Of a stretch of DNA of 64,000 bases, positions 32,908 through 57,365 are shown in pieces. The translations under genes were made by a program, and so were the position numbers. The notes under the pieces were generated by a model. That model was not told the DNA's origin, did not search any database, and saw only the letters and a program-made list of their open reading frames with translations. Origin of the DNA: Tubiluchus corallicola (lineage: Eukaryota; Animalia; Priapulida); the NCBI GenBank assembly GCA_030141605.1, contig JAQGDQ010000459.1, forward strand, positions 118,668-182,667, given 5' to 3'. Position 1 is the stretch's first letter, and each line of letters begins with the position of its first letter.

Positions 32908-35684
32908 TTTTACAATGATTACATGATATCTTTACAAATTTGTCCTTTTAAGAGCACAAAAGAGTGTCATAAGTTACCAATGATACAACCCTTTTGTACC
33001 AACGCACAGTACAGCTTACATAAAACAAAAAAGGCGCCACTGCTAAGTAGTGTGTAACTAGTCGTTAAAAGACAAACATCCGTAGTACCACTTTCACTGT
33101 TTTGCTACATAGACGCCGGATCAGAAATAGCCCTGCCTACGGGAAACTAGAGAAAAATTTCTAGGTCAAAACAATTTTCTTGCTCGCAGCAAGTCGGCAG
33201 CTACAGTTTACCTTCGTTCGTCTCTACAACGTGTTTCGGGTCGTAGAGGTTAATTCAGATCGCCGCCGCTAGATGGCGCAATCGCTTTTTGCTCTGTCTA
33301 TGAAATGTTCTTCATTTTTGCTAATTATACCGCGTGGCTTATAGTCTTTTCTGGGGGTGGGGGAGTGGAGTAAAACAACAAATAATGGTATGGATTGACT
33401 TGTTACATGAAAGTACTACGCATGTATTAGTGAATTAGTCATACCGTCAAATTTTAATGTGGAAATGTCGTGGGTTTCGCCAGCTCGTAATCCTGGTCAG
33501 TAGACCTAGATAGGTTTGAACAGTGAGTTGAAGAAGTCAAGATCCCTCAACAAATTTCGTAAATGTCTCGCAAGCTTATCAGGGGCGGAACTAGGGGGGG
33601 CGCACCCCCTGCAAAATCGGACAAATAAATTTTTTGCAGTGAAAATTGCAGTTCGCATGTAATCATTTTCAATATGAATTAGAATTAGGTAAAAAAATGT
33701 TTGGTAGCTTCAGTGTGCGTGCAGACAAAACTCAGTGTGCATAGAGGTGCCTATCACAGTGTAGGCCTACAGGTACCACACACAGTCACAGGCTCTACAC
33801 ACAGGCCAACAGGTCTGAGTGCACAGCTATAGGATGCTGGTGTAGCAGCGGTACCATGCTGAAATTTGAGACTTTTTGAAAACTTTAGACTTTTTTGTCC
33901 AAGGAAGTATCGTTCCACATTTCATTTTGACATTATTTCCTGCGTATTATTTTCTTAAAACTTGTGTGTGATAAATTTCTGTAAATAACAATTTAGTTAG
34001 AGGCACATTAATAACGTTAGGTTAACTGAGAGTTAATTCTCTCATTATTGCTCTCGCCGTCCTACACACATGCTAATTATAGGCCTGCATGCAGTATAAA
34101 AGGGGTTAAAATTGGCTTAACCATTATTTAAACACTTCGGATACCTCGCCCTCCCAGAAAATTGTATGTATTATAACAGTGTATGTCATGTTCTTTGGCT
34201 TTTACGATTGTTTTTTTTTTACTTTTATTTCACAACGATGATATAACTTTTTTCTTCGGTACATAAACGCCATCGTACGAAAAGTGCAATCTGTGGGCAA
34301 AATACTTGACTTGATTAACTGGTAATAAGGCCATTGTTATTTCAATAAATATATACATTAACTAATTATATACAGTTAACAAAGGCGAAAAATTACAAAA
34401 AAATATCAAATTCCATTCAATTCGTTTGAATGGGCGTGCGTTCGGTTTGTACATTGCTCTCCACTTTGACAGTCTTAAACACAATTTGAAACACAACATT
34501 GATGGTGTTGTACATATTAATGCTTATGTTGTTAATATTATGCATTGTAATAAATTATTATGATAAAAAATTTAAATGATACGTACATATACTTGCATCC
34601 CTCAGATCTCGAAGGAAAAAACTATTCACGAAGATGTGTATGAACCTATCTTAACACACTTATTTATTTAATTATTCATTCGCTTATTCACTGCCACACA
34701 CATCAAACACAAACGCAAAAAAGAGGTTGCAATTATACAAGAACATCATAAAACCATTCAAGACAGTATTTTTGACGGACGTGTATAAGATGTTTAGATT
34801 ATAGAGTATATATAATAAATTATCTAGCTGCTTGAATAAACCTACTAGATATCAATGTATCAGCAAACTAACCTTAACAAACCAATAAACGTAGCTTCAC
34901 ATTATAGGGTTTACAAAAGCTATAGAAAAAAATACGGTGAGTTCCAAAGCCTAATAATATGGATCGCATAACGAATTAATGTTCATAGTCAGTGATCTTT
35001 GGACCTATTTAACAAATGGATGGGTGACAGTCAGAAAATTGTTGTTCTAAGCAGTCTTGAGATAAAGTAAGAAGTTTAAATAGCAAACATGATGTATGCA
35101 AAAACGAAAACAAGATACCAGTGTGGGATCCCCCATCGCAGCATCCTTCAAGATCCCACAATGACTTTCTTTTCCATCCTCCACCACACCTAAATTAATG
35201 AGCGCATAATTACACATTAATTGCTGTTAGAAAAGTATAAACATTTCAGCGCGCAAAAACCACGCATAGGAAACTTAATACGAAAAACATTTTATGGGTT
35301 TTGGTGGGCGTGGTGGGTATGATGTTGGGGTGGTATAGTAACGTGCTGTGTTTTTAGTCGTTTACAAACAAAATGCTTTACGTGGTCTGGCTCTTAAATT
35401 ATTGAATAGTGATTATAACTTCATACAAAAAACGGTTTTAACACAATAGGGCACACATACGGCAAGTTTAGCTTAAAGTAGTTTTTGCTTGTATTTTTTA
35501 GGGATCATGTGACGCGGATCTTCACATTTCAGTGAATCTGCGTTTTGCGGATGCGGACACGTCAGTTACGGACTTCGCAAGTTTGAATTTGTAAAATTAG
35601 GCTCAATAATATTAGGAATCAAATTAAAATTGAAACTAAAAGCTTCCTGTAGCAATTAGGGTATAATATATTATGAACAGCTAG

Positions 35685-36196
35685 GGTATATATATATATA
35701 TATGTATAATTGGACGTTTTTGGACGTTTTTTGCAAAACTTGTACGTCTGAGATCTGGAGAACGGGACGGTCCATGGGTGGTGCTGGCTATGGATAGATA
35801 GCCCGTTCAGCGGTGGGTGTCATAGGCGTATTTAGAATTTGCGAGAGGGCCACGGCGTTCCGAACGGGCATTTTCCCGGACCCAACTCGCGATTTTTTCG
35901 AAATGTTGACCAAACAGCATGCGGGAAAAACGTTCTAGCGGCGCCTGGTGGGACTCTTGGAAGGAGGTATACGGGTCTTTAGAAAAGAGGAAGAACAGGG
36001 CTACACGATGATATAGGCTATATTTTAGGACACGTCCACCAAAAGGCCGTCCATTATACTCTGCCTATAACTTTAATTCAGTAAACGCTGTTGCTGGCTC
36101 TGCGTTAGGTAAGTAAGCAAACACTGGGTAGGATGTTTGCGTATTTTTGATTATGCGTGTATTTATAAGCAACATTTTTGGCGGGGCCTTTGCTAG
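35685..36196 (+). mobile_element. Non-autonomous Helitron-like repeat, copy 2 (internal deletion of ~85 bp relative to copy 1)
   Basis: Matches 1-465, starts in a (TA)n run and ends CTAG|T. Confidence 0.55.
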
Positions 36197-37384
36197 TTAT
36201 AAAAATATTATGCATTAATTGTTAGCCAAAATTGTAAAATCAATTTTAATTGTAGCTTTTCTTACCACATTTAGGCATCACAAGCAGGAGGCGATATTTT
36301 TGATAGCAACAAAATATAGAAAAACAAATAAGCAGATTTTTCCCATTCTATCAGGTTAAATCGGCAAAATTTTCGTGCAAACAAGTGATAAGTATTCGTC
36401 TTTGAGACGTCTAGCAGATGAAGCTGTTTGATCTTTTGCTTCCCAAAAATTTTGTTGATTTTCAAACGTTTGTTTGCTATTTATCATTCAGAAATCTTCA
36501 TGTGAAATGACTCCAAAAGATAGCTGTTGGGGAAGCTTTATTAGATTCGATCAGACTAGGTTAGATTACTGAGATTAGATATATTTTATATCCACTGTTA
36601 AATTATAATGTGTAAATGTTTGCATTTTCGTCAACAGATGGCGCCCGGAGTAATGTAAATAGAGAGTTAGAAAACATCAACAAGAATGCATAAAGAGGAT
36701 TTCTTCGCGTTGTTATTTCAATTATTAAGATTTTGCTATAGTAATTGTTTTTAATGAGTTAGGGTTGGGTTGGGTTTAGGATTAGGGTTAGGGTTAGGGT
36801 TGGTTTTATATACATATACTGTTACTTGTTGTTCCTGTATCCCACTAACAAAAGGCTGTGTACCACCTTTTAGACTTGTACCCAGTAAAATTCACTCAGT
36901 AAAATAAAGTGAAATAAAACCAATAATGCAAATTAATTTTAGGAAAAGTTTGAATAAGTATTTACTCAAAAACATGTGATTTGATATTTTTTACCGTAAT
37001 TATGCAATTTTACCTGCACTTTTACTTTATTTACACATATTTGTGTGTTTATTTTGCACTTTATCTGTAATTTTAATTTCTATACATTCTCGATACATTT
37101 TACGATGTTTTTAATAGACATTATCAATCTCTTGACTTCTCTTCATACGTGTATCATAAATATAAATAAATAAATAACAAATAAATAAATTAAAAAATAA
37201 AAAATAAAGAAATGAAAAAGTAAATAAAAATAAATAAAAAAATAAATAAATCTCTTTACTTCTCTTCGTACACGTATCATCAATATAAATAAATAAATAA
37301 AAAATAAACAAATAAACAAAAAAATAAACTGCACTTGTTTTCTTTCTGTTTTTCTGCAACCAATCTCATATTTCGCTTTTCTAG

Positions 37385-37715
37385 CGCCTAACCCTGTATG
37401 GCTACAAGAACTGGGTCTTGTTTCGCGGGCATTAGGGCAATTTCTATGCCCATAAGAAGCCGTCTACCACCCCCGGGCAAATCCTTGACTTGGTGAGGTT
37501 TGACTTTCAAGTGGTTGGAAGTTTGCAATGCTACAGTTACTAGTGATGGTATTACACTGGGGTCACGTTTTACTATGAAACCGGAAGTAGCATACGGACC
37601 TCCTTTAAAAGAGCGTGGACAGAATAAGAGATGCCAATATCTTATACGCACGCAATAAATTTTAACTATAAGATCAGCCTTAGTTACGTTGTATAATACT
37701 GCGCAAGATAACGTT

Positions 37716-37748
<33 letters not shown>
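37385..37748 (+). mobile_element. Probable 5'-truncated SINE/retroposon with (TTG)n tail, abutting a LINE fragment
   Basis: Higher-GC segment ending actgcgcaagataacgt(ttg)n, exactly where the LINE zinc-finger reading frame breaks off. Confidence 0.4.
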
Positions 37749-37749
<1 letters not shown>

Positions 37750-37975
37750 CATTATGATGTAATTCGTCTTCGATTTCATTTCTTAAACAATATGAGCATA
37801 TACGAGTCTCAGATGGGATTTTTCCAGGCTTAACGTACCTCCCTCTTTCAATACACAAAGTATGAGAGCTGATAAACCTACGTGAATAATTTTCTTCGAG
37901 TTGTACTGTTTACTTACCTCGTTTATTTGACTTCGTTCAAAGTTCGCTTTCCGCTTAAGTTTATAGGACACGTGT
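37749..37975 (-). mobile_element. LINE ORF2 C-terminal zinc-finger fragment
   Basis: IERGRY...RICSYC..EIEDELH motif. Confidence 0.7.
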
Positions 37976-38277
37976 AAGTGATTGCAGAATAGTTTTGCGC
38001 TGATATGTGCATAGAGTTGTATATTTATTTAAAAGTATAGAAAAACCACGCCTTCTGTGAGTAACATGTGTAAAATACGCTATAATATTTTACATAGGCA
38101 ATTTAGTTATTTTGAGAACTAAAACTTTTTTTCAGTGATTGCTGCACTATGAGTGAAAGCGTGCTGTTTAAGACTGGTTTAAATGAAATTTTGTGGAAAT
38201 TTTTGGTTTTTCTATACTTCATAGTGTGTGACTAAGTGTTCAAATATAAAGTGTTCGTCATTGGATTTACTAACGCT

Positions 38278-38364
38278 AGTGCTGCTGTTGGTGTCGCTGT
38301 TGTCGTTGTTGTCATTGTAATAGTAGTAGTAGTAGTAGTGATGGTGCTGGTGGTGGTAGTAGTA

Positions 38365-38427
<63 letters not shown>

Positions 38428-38428
38428 C

Positions 38429-38483
<55 letters not shown>

Positions 38484-38484
38484 T

Positions 38485-38550
<66 letters not shown>

Positions 38551-38680
38551 AAGGTAGTAGTAGTAGTGCTTCTAGTAGTAGTAGTAGTAGTAGTAGTAGC
38601 AGTAGTAGTTGTTGCTGCTTTTGTTGTTGTTGTTGTTGTCGCCATTGACATTATCATCGTCGCCACCGTCGTCGTCGTAA
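38278..38680. repeat. (GTA)n/(GTT)n microsatellite
   Basis: Directly visible. Confidence 0.97.
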
Positions 38681-38931
38681 CCTGTAACATTTGTTTATCG
38701 ATTTTTAGAGCGTACGGCAGTGTTTTGCTGCCCAAACACTTAGCGAGCTTGATGAGCTTGATAGATCCATCATACCGGATACGGTGTGAAGAGACCTTTA
38801 TACGTATTTAATTTGCTGTATCTTTTTTACAGTTGTGTCCTGATCGTCTTCTATTCAAAGTGTTAAAGAGTGAGCGAGGAAAAATGATAAGAATGCACTG
38901 AGTACTGGTTGTAGAGAACCATGACGAAACA

Positions 38932-49156
<10,225 letters not shown>

Positions 49157-49394
49157 TTGGCTGTCGCATTTGTTTCCATGGTAAAACGCCTTCCCGTATA
49201 CGGCCTGAATAAGTCGCAGTTGTTGTCTTTGTTGTTATTGTTGTTTCTTCTTGTTTGTTTGTCGCGGTAAGCGTGAGTAACTATTGATTTTCTTACAAAA
49301 ATGACACAGACAGTCTAAGAACTAATGTAACATCTGTAACTAAAGTTTAGCGTGAATCCCGTCATTTTAATCTGATGTTGAGGTGCCATGCAAC

Positions 49395-49700
49395 AGTATG
49401 TCTTCACAATTCCAGCCATTCATGGTGATCGTGAAAAGGTCAAAGGTTAAGTGTACCAGACAACGCATTTGTGTACACTTGGCAACGCCATGCAACCCAT
49501 GCTATTATAATCGTAACAATTTATGAGCTAGCTAGAACCTTACCTAGTTCATTTTCTCTTGTTCCCAGGCAAAATCCAGCTAGTTAATCACTCTATGCAC
49601 AGACTAATGCATAATTAAGTAGAGTCCACGTAAAACAACTGATGTTACTGAACTGATGTGGCAGATGGATTTGTTTTACCCACATGCCACGTGACGATTG
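49395..49700. mobile_element. Dispersed repeat family C; inverted copies at ~61740-62040 and ~47150-47232
   Basis: gatcgtgaaaaggtcaaaggttaagtgtaccagacaac...ctaatgcataattaagt...ctgaactgatgt is shared in reverse complement. Confidence 0.65.
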
Positions 49701-50623
49701 TAGTTAAGATGGGTTGCTGCGTACGCTTAACCTTTGACCTACATTAACAACGCATGCGAACAACGAAGCTATAACTAGGTTTATTAAGCTGTAGAAAGAG
49801 GCAGTGCTTGAATGCACATTATGCAACATTGATTAATTAATAACTGATCGATAATTTAACGCTTACGTAACATAAAAGTATGTTAGGAGGCCGAGGTCAA
49901 ACGTTGTGTATCTTTTCTGTAAATATTTAAAAAATTTCATAGAACTTGTCTTCGAAGATTTCCTCGCTTTCCTGAATTTTCCGTACACACAATAGGTCGC
50001 ACATTGGTTTAAATCCGGGTGTTCAACTAGCTCGGCGACCTTACACCAGAATACGCAAGCTATCAAGTAATTTCTTACATTTCGCGGGAGATCAACGCTG
50101 TGCAGCTCCACAATTAATTTACAAGTTAGCCTTTACGAATCAGTATTGAAATTATTGATTTTTGGGAAGTGTTTTTGCTGTGGTTTGTAACCAAAGAAGA
50201 ATTCAGTATTAAGTTTTCCTGTATTGTGTAACAATGACGTGAAATTTTGAAATAATTTATTTGTTTTAAATGTGATACTGTATAGTAAGATACTAATGCG
50301 TGCACCCGTACAGTAATGTATTTTATATCTAAAAATGTATGTTAAAAATCTCTAAAATTTTGTTTATTTTAGAAGAATCACATGTGAAAGGGCATGTATA
50401 AAAGAAATAATCATGTTTTTTTATATCTGGAAATGGATTTATAAAGCATTGGGTGGACTTGTTTTGTTTTGACAAATAGTGTATTTTATAGTTAAAAACA
50501 ACGTAGCCTTACTAAAAACTTTTACATTAAAAAATTGAAAACGTGATGAACGTTTCGACAGACTACTGCTGCTATCATCAGTGGTAAATTTACAAACGTA
50601 CAACCAGTTTATGTAGGCAGAAC

Positions 50624-51092
50624 CTATTATGCACTAATTAACTAGTTAACAGAAGCCAAATGGGTAATGAATAAGCAGACCTGTAAAGAAATTGATACAG
50701 TAAATTATGCACTAATTATGTATTTAACAGAAGCTAAATGGGTAATTAATAAGCAGAGTAGTAAAGAAATTGATACAGTAAATTATGCACTAATTAAGTA
50801 GTTAGTAGAAACCAAATAGGTAACGAATAAGCAGACCAGTAAAGAAATTGATACAGTAAATTATGCACTAATTATGTATTTAACAGAAGCCAAATGGGTA
50901 ATTAATAAGCAGAGTAGTAAAGAAATTGATACAGTAAATTATGCACTAATTAAGTAGTTAACAGAAGCCAAATAGGTAATGATTAAGCAGACTAGTAAAG
51001 AAATTAATACAGTAAATTATGCACTAATTAAGTAGTTAACAGAAGCCAAATAGGTAATGTTTAAGCAGACCCAGTAAAGAAATTGATTTGAC
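50624..51092. repeat. 78-bp tandem array (~6 copies) inside the Penelope-like element; related array at 61055-61440
   Basis: aaattatgc recurs at 50702, 50780, 50858, 50936 and 51014. Confidence 0.92.
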
Positions 51093-51473
51093 AGTATTAA
51101 TTGTATTTTAAAAAATGTAGAAATCTTCTCACAGACTAAAAACGCAGTTTAGTGCAAACAAGATTAACTTACATTTTGTTAAAATAAAATAAGTCGCAGT
51201 TTTATTTCAATTTTGATTTATTTTTAATACATCAAGGAACACACGTATGATTTATATACGTGCACATAACGCTTGTCAAAGAATCACATTTGTTTTTTTC
51301 ATTGATTATACAGAAGCATCTACACAACACAAACAGTTACAACATTGTACAACAATTTACAACAGTTCAGCCAGTATATACAAGTTTAATGTCCTTTAGT
51401 TCGGCATTTCAGTAGAACTTCCATGCCCCTAAAATAGAAAAAAATGCGATGAAATTTTGCTGCTAGGCCCTAA

Positions 51474-52030
<557 letters not shown>

Positions 52031-52800
52031 TTAAAAAGGCACAGAAAACTCACAGGTAAAAATGTCACAGAAAAAAATTCACAGAAAAAAGTCACAGGGA
52101 AAAGTCACGTGGAAAAAGTCACAGTGAAAAAGTCACAGGGAAAAAACTACAGGAAAAAAAGTAACTCTAACGTTAATCCTAACCCTAGCCAAAATTAATT
52201 GTGACTTTTTTCATGACTTTTTTCCTGTGACGTCATTACCAGTCTCCTACAAGATTCGGTGCTTGCACCTAGATGACTTGATACACACGTCAGCGCTAAA
52301 TTCCGGAAATGTTTCTGTTCAAAGACTGAACGCAATCACAGTAATTATTCCCGCCAAGAAAATTAGCATAACAAGTATCTCACTGTGGTACAGGTGGCGC
52401 CCTAATTGCATTTACCTGCTTTAGTAATTAGAAGGTATTCGCTAACCTGTGTCTTTTTATTGTTAACGAAACCGCCAAAAGAAACATTGAAATCCTTATT
52501 TATTGGGTGGCGCCATAGGTGTACTGGCCGATTTCTCAAAGGGGAGAGCCACTTTTGCCCCCCCCCCCCTCGAAATACATTTCTCCTCTTACAGGATTAT
52601 TCTCTAGAACAAACTAGGTTCCCGTCCCGTCACACTTATCCAATACAACAAGTAACTTCTGCCCTGAAATGCATGGTCGCGTCTTGCAGTGCACAAACTG
52701 TTCATTTAGGGACCTGCAACCAGCAATCCAGCACTCAGTGGCAGATTCTGGTTGTTATGTTTTATGCTTGTGGTAAGACCGGTACTTTGTACAAGAACAC

Positions 52801-53867
52801 TTACAGAACATAGCCTCTTCCTATGTCGAATATCTCCGTGTAAGTCTTGATGACCACAGCACTCCTTTTTACTCGATTTCCCAGTCCAGTGTAAATGATG
52901 TTCTCCTGCGTGTCTAAGAGGAACACCCGACAAAGTCTACCATCTCTTTTTACAAAAAGAGGTGGTGCCTTGACTTTGTAGGGGTACCGCTGATCGTAGA
53001 TGAGGTGTCGTGGGTTGGCCACTCGTCGATAACCACAGTCCACAAGTAACACCTATAAGAGCACGTTAGATCACTTGATTAACATTAATTATAGTGTGTT
53101 AGTAGTCTTCCAAATGTTGTTGTTAATTTTGAGTACAGTAAGTACTCGCTTAGCATCCAGCAAAAGGTGTCGTTAAGCGAAACGTCGCTGAACGAAACAG
53201 TGCTTTCCGTAACAAATATTGTAAAAGCATTCAGTTGTGTTCTAGGGGCAAAAGCCAGTAATAGTTCGCTATGTAAAAGTGCTCAATCGTGCTGCAAGCG
53301 AAAAATCGTGACCAAAATTAAATAAGTTAAAAGAAAACCGAATGATTGTGTAAACATTAGGTCAGAATAAAGAATGCTCTAAAATATTGAAAACTACAAT
53401 AGCTTATTTTAAAATAAAGCTTAGATTAAGTAATATTTTTTGCAATATGGTGTCACTTGACTTTTTGTCAGAAAACGTTGCAGAATATAGTTTGCAACAT
53501 GATTTAACTTGACATTTTATCAGAGAACGTTGCAAAGTTTTCTGACAAAATGTCAAGTTTCATTATGCTGCAAACAATATTTTGCAACTTTTTCTCACAA
53601 AATGTCAAATTACATCATATTGCAAACTACAGGCCCTAATTTTATAATTTGTTTGCTTGCAGTTTCTGCTCACAGATGATACAGTGCTTTGAAATTCTCT
53701 TTCCCCAGCGTAAATCTGCTAAGCCAGGGATAGGTAAAATATCAACACACACACAACAAACGTCTTTCCAACGTAAGCCTAATGTCATAATTACAGTAAT
53801 TTATAATTAACATTACCTGTATGGCAACAATTGACAGTATCACAGTTATTGTAAGAACACTACACAT
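52801..53867 (-). CDS. Small secreted precursor of unknown family, 100 aa; exons 53817-53867 and 52801-53052
   Basis: An in-phase CAG|GTAATG ... TAG|GTG intron joins MCSVLTITVILSIVAIQ to VLLVDCGYRR..., giving a continuous signal peptide followed by RR, KR and RVKR sites. Confidence 0.65.
53438..53627. repeat. Imperfect palindrome (fold-back MITE-like) built from ~50-bp subunits
   Basis: tttgcaatatg..ttgac..ttgtcagaaaac is mirrored by gttttctgacaaaatgtcaa..catattgcaaa. Confidence 0.7.
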
Positions 53868-55574
53868 GGTTAAACAATTAAACAAAGATGGTAATGGCCT
53901 GCAAACTACAACTACATCCGTCTTAACACGCTCAATCCTTGCTTATCCACTTACACGTTCAACTCAACACAAATTTTCACCAGTCAAGAGGACACTGGCC
54001 AGCCACTGTGGCCAAAATAGCATAATTGAACGTAGTCAGTACGTGAAAGTGACCAGTCCACTAAATAAGTAATTAAGGTCATATCCCCTACAGGGGAGTA
54101 TTACTCCACTTTTACCAACACACGCGAAACTTCGGTAAAGCTATAATAAACACATAAAATTGTTAAGCGAGTGGGAAAACTTGGCTTAAGTTGACCACAG
54201 CGGGACTGTTAATTAAACTACAGCAAATAGGGTTTAAAGCTAATCAGGTGGTAATTGAAACGCGGGTGTGACGTCAGGTGGCGTTCCGTAAAGTTCCTTT
54301 AGCCCGAGGAGGCTAGAAAGCAGAGTGACCTCTTCTTGAAAATGGGGTAGTATATGAAAAATCATCCTATAAAATGTTCTCGTCAACTGGTAAATATTCT
54401 TCCCCAGCGTGCATTAAATCATCGCTACCTCACTAAAATTAGATTATTAAAGCACAACAAAACTCCTCATAAACATAAAGCTAGAAAAATTCGTTTTGAA
54501 ATTTTATATCGCCTGCATACTGCCTTTTTGCATGCAGGACTTCAATCGGCTGTAACGCTGTATAAAACATGTAAATTTAAACTCCCGCCATGACCGTTAG
54601 GCGCAGCCATTTTCACCGTAGGTCATTTGAAACAAGTTTAGGTAACATTTTGTAAAGTTTGAAAAAATGATCAGAGCATTCGTAGCGCACAAGTCACTAA
54701 CTAAATAAAATTTAGAATTACTGTATCTTGTCAATAAGATTAAAAATACGTTTTTTGGTTAGTAAGCGGTGCACCCTGGAGGGTGAGTCAGCAACATTTT
54801 ACCAATTTGTGAAAACATTTTAAATGATTAATAATTTTCGTTTCTAGTTACATAAGTCTTTTTAGCAGGTAAGCGAAAATCTAAGTAATATAGATTTGTA
54901 CGGAAAGTCTTTTGAGATATAATTTAACATTGCCTTTTCATCCCTTGATTTACGTATGGTATATGACGTCATGTAATGGCGACTTCGGAACAGCATTGCG
55001 GGAGATTTAAAATGAAAACAAACTGAAATTCCTTTCAGTGCGAGGAAGATATACGCATAAAATTGCTGTAAAGTAATGTAATTTTTAAGGCGATTTTTCT
55101 GAAACCTACTTCAGGTGCCCCTTTTCTTGTCCTTTAATCTTCCTCTTAAAATTAAGTTACTTAAACTTTTACTTAGTTAGTGAAGAGTGTGCCACGAAGG
55201 CTCTGATTAGTTTTTCAAACTTTACCTGATTTACCTGATTAAATGCTTGACGATGCAAGATTAAACTATCGTCGTGGATAGAAGCTTCGTTAGGTGTGGC
55301 ATCACGTGACCAGCTGATGTTCGACCGGCTGACTCAGAAGTAAAGATTGATGATGTAATCCTTATGCGCAGAAGCTCATGACGCATTAGGTAGTTAGACA
55401 AAAGTGTTTTGATGCCCGCACCTCGGGGGGGGGGGGGGGATGAGGAATTGACTTGAAGACGGAGGGCTGGAATTACTATCCTCTTATATTTAGCGTGTTG
55501 TGTTTGATATTTAATAAATGTGTAGTTTATTAAATAAAGTCTTGTTAATTTGCCATGCTCATCGTATATATATA

Positions 55575-55936
55575 TATATATGATCACTAAATTATAATAC
55601 ATTGTAATAGATATTTTGTTTTAAATTTTTGGCACAGTAGTTCTTAGTTTGAACTGAACGCGTTTGCCTTTAACAGTTGTGAGAATTTTTATTCTCATGC
55701 TGTGATGTTCTTTTATGCTTATGAATATCGACTTCTTTATGGCAAATAAAAAATATATATATATTTACCATAAAAATCTATATTCATCGGCATAAAAGAA
55801 CATCGCAGCATGAGAATAAAAATTCACACAACTGCTAAAGGCAAACGCGTTCAGTTCAAACTAAGAACTACTGTGCCAAAAATTTAAAACAAAATATCAA
55901 TTTCAATGTATTACAATGTTAATGATAGTATATATA
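55575..55936. mobile_element. Fold-back MITE with ~180-bp inverted arms between (TA)n runs
   Basis: ttttggcacagtagttcttagtttgaactgaacgcgtttgcc is mirrored exactly at ~55839-55882; centre at ~55757. Confidence 0.85.
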
Positions 55937-56799
55937 GGTACGTCACGTTATAATTACAATCGTATTATTGTCATTAGACGTTTATATTATACCCAAGCAG
56001 GTGACACAGTTTTTAGTATCAACCTCTAAAGGTATTTTAACCTGAAGGCCTGGGGTCTGGGTATGTGCATTCCTCCCCTTTATGATAATTTATAGATGGT
56101 AAAATCATCATCATCATCATCATCATATGACCGTCACGTTTATTGTAGACATTGGGCAGGCAGAATTCTAAAACAAAAGAAATCTGCCTTCAGACAGGTA
56201 AACGCAGCAGTAATCCAGCAAAAAAACTAGGCACTGCTACGCTAGTAAAAGGTGGTGAAAGAGCCTACTCTATGAACTGGCAAACTGAAGTATTTAGTAC
56301 GCTAGGGGGCGATTGTTTGTCGTCACTTCCTGAGAAATCAGATGGGTTAGTCTACCTAGAGAGTTTGTAGTTGTGATGACTTATCCATTCAATGGGAGGA
56401 GTGTGTTTCCTGTTGTCGTGCCCATAGTGCAAAATTAAGAATTAAGTCAATTTCACATCACTTCGCGATTCACTTAAATGTGATACTGAATCGTTGGCTA
56501 GCTTTATTAGGGAGTGTTTTAATTTATAATAATTTATTAACTATTTCAAAATTCTGATTAGTATCGTATTATTGTTACGTAGACCGTTATTTAACACTTA
56601 ATTATTAATTATTTTAAAATATGCGAAAGTTTAACAAGCAGTTATTGTTCACATTTCATCTCTGCACACGAGTGTAACTTAATTTAATGATTTTTTTTTA
56701 CCTTGAGTGTGTTTTACTTGCAACATGATTGATTTAAATTGTAAAATGATTTTTACTGCGAGACTTTTAATATAAATTGGTGTAATTTTTTTATGGTCA

Positions 56800-57106
56800 A
56801 TAATAATGATAATGATAATGATAGTGATAGTGATAGTGATAGTGATAGTGATAGTGATAGTGATAGTGATAGTGATAGTGATAGTGATAGTGATAGTGAT
56901 AGTGATAGTGATAGTGATAGTGATAGTGATAGTGATAGTGATAGTGATAGTGATAGTGATAGTGATAGTAATAGTAATAGTAATAGTAATAGTAATAGTA
57001 ATAGTAATAGTAATAGTAATAGTAATAGTAATAGTAATAGTAATAGTAATAACAACTATTACTATTATTATTAATACTAATATTAATAATAATGATAATG
57101 ATAATG

Positions 57107-57138
<32 letters not shown>

Positions 57139-57365
57139 GATAATGATAATGATAATGATAATGATAATGATAATGATAATGATAATGATAATGATAATGA
57201 TAATGATAATGATAATGATAATGATAATGATAATGATCATGATCATGACCATGACCATGATCATGACCATGACCATGACAATGACAATGACAATGACAAT
57301 GACAATGACAATGACAATGACAATGACAATGACAATGATAATGATAATGATGACAATAGTAATAA
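56800..57365. repeat. Compound hexanucleotide array GATAGT > AATAGT > GATAAT > GACCAT > GACAAT
   Basis: Directly visible blocks of related 6-mers. Confidence 0.97.

Noticed and set aside
36757-36803. Telomere-like TTAGGG repeats (and CCCTAA-like at ~52175)
   Set aside because: Only a few degenerate units, probably internal to small repeats; no evidence of a chromosome end or fusion.
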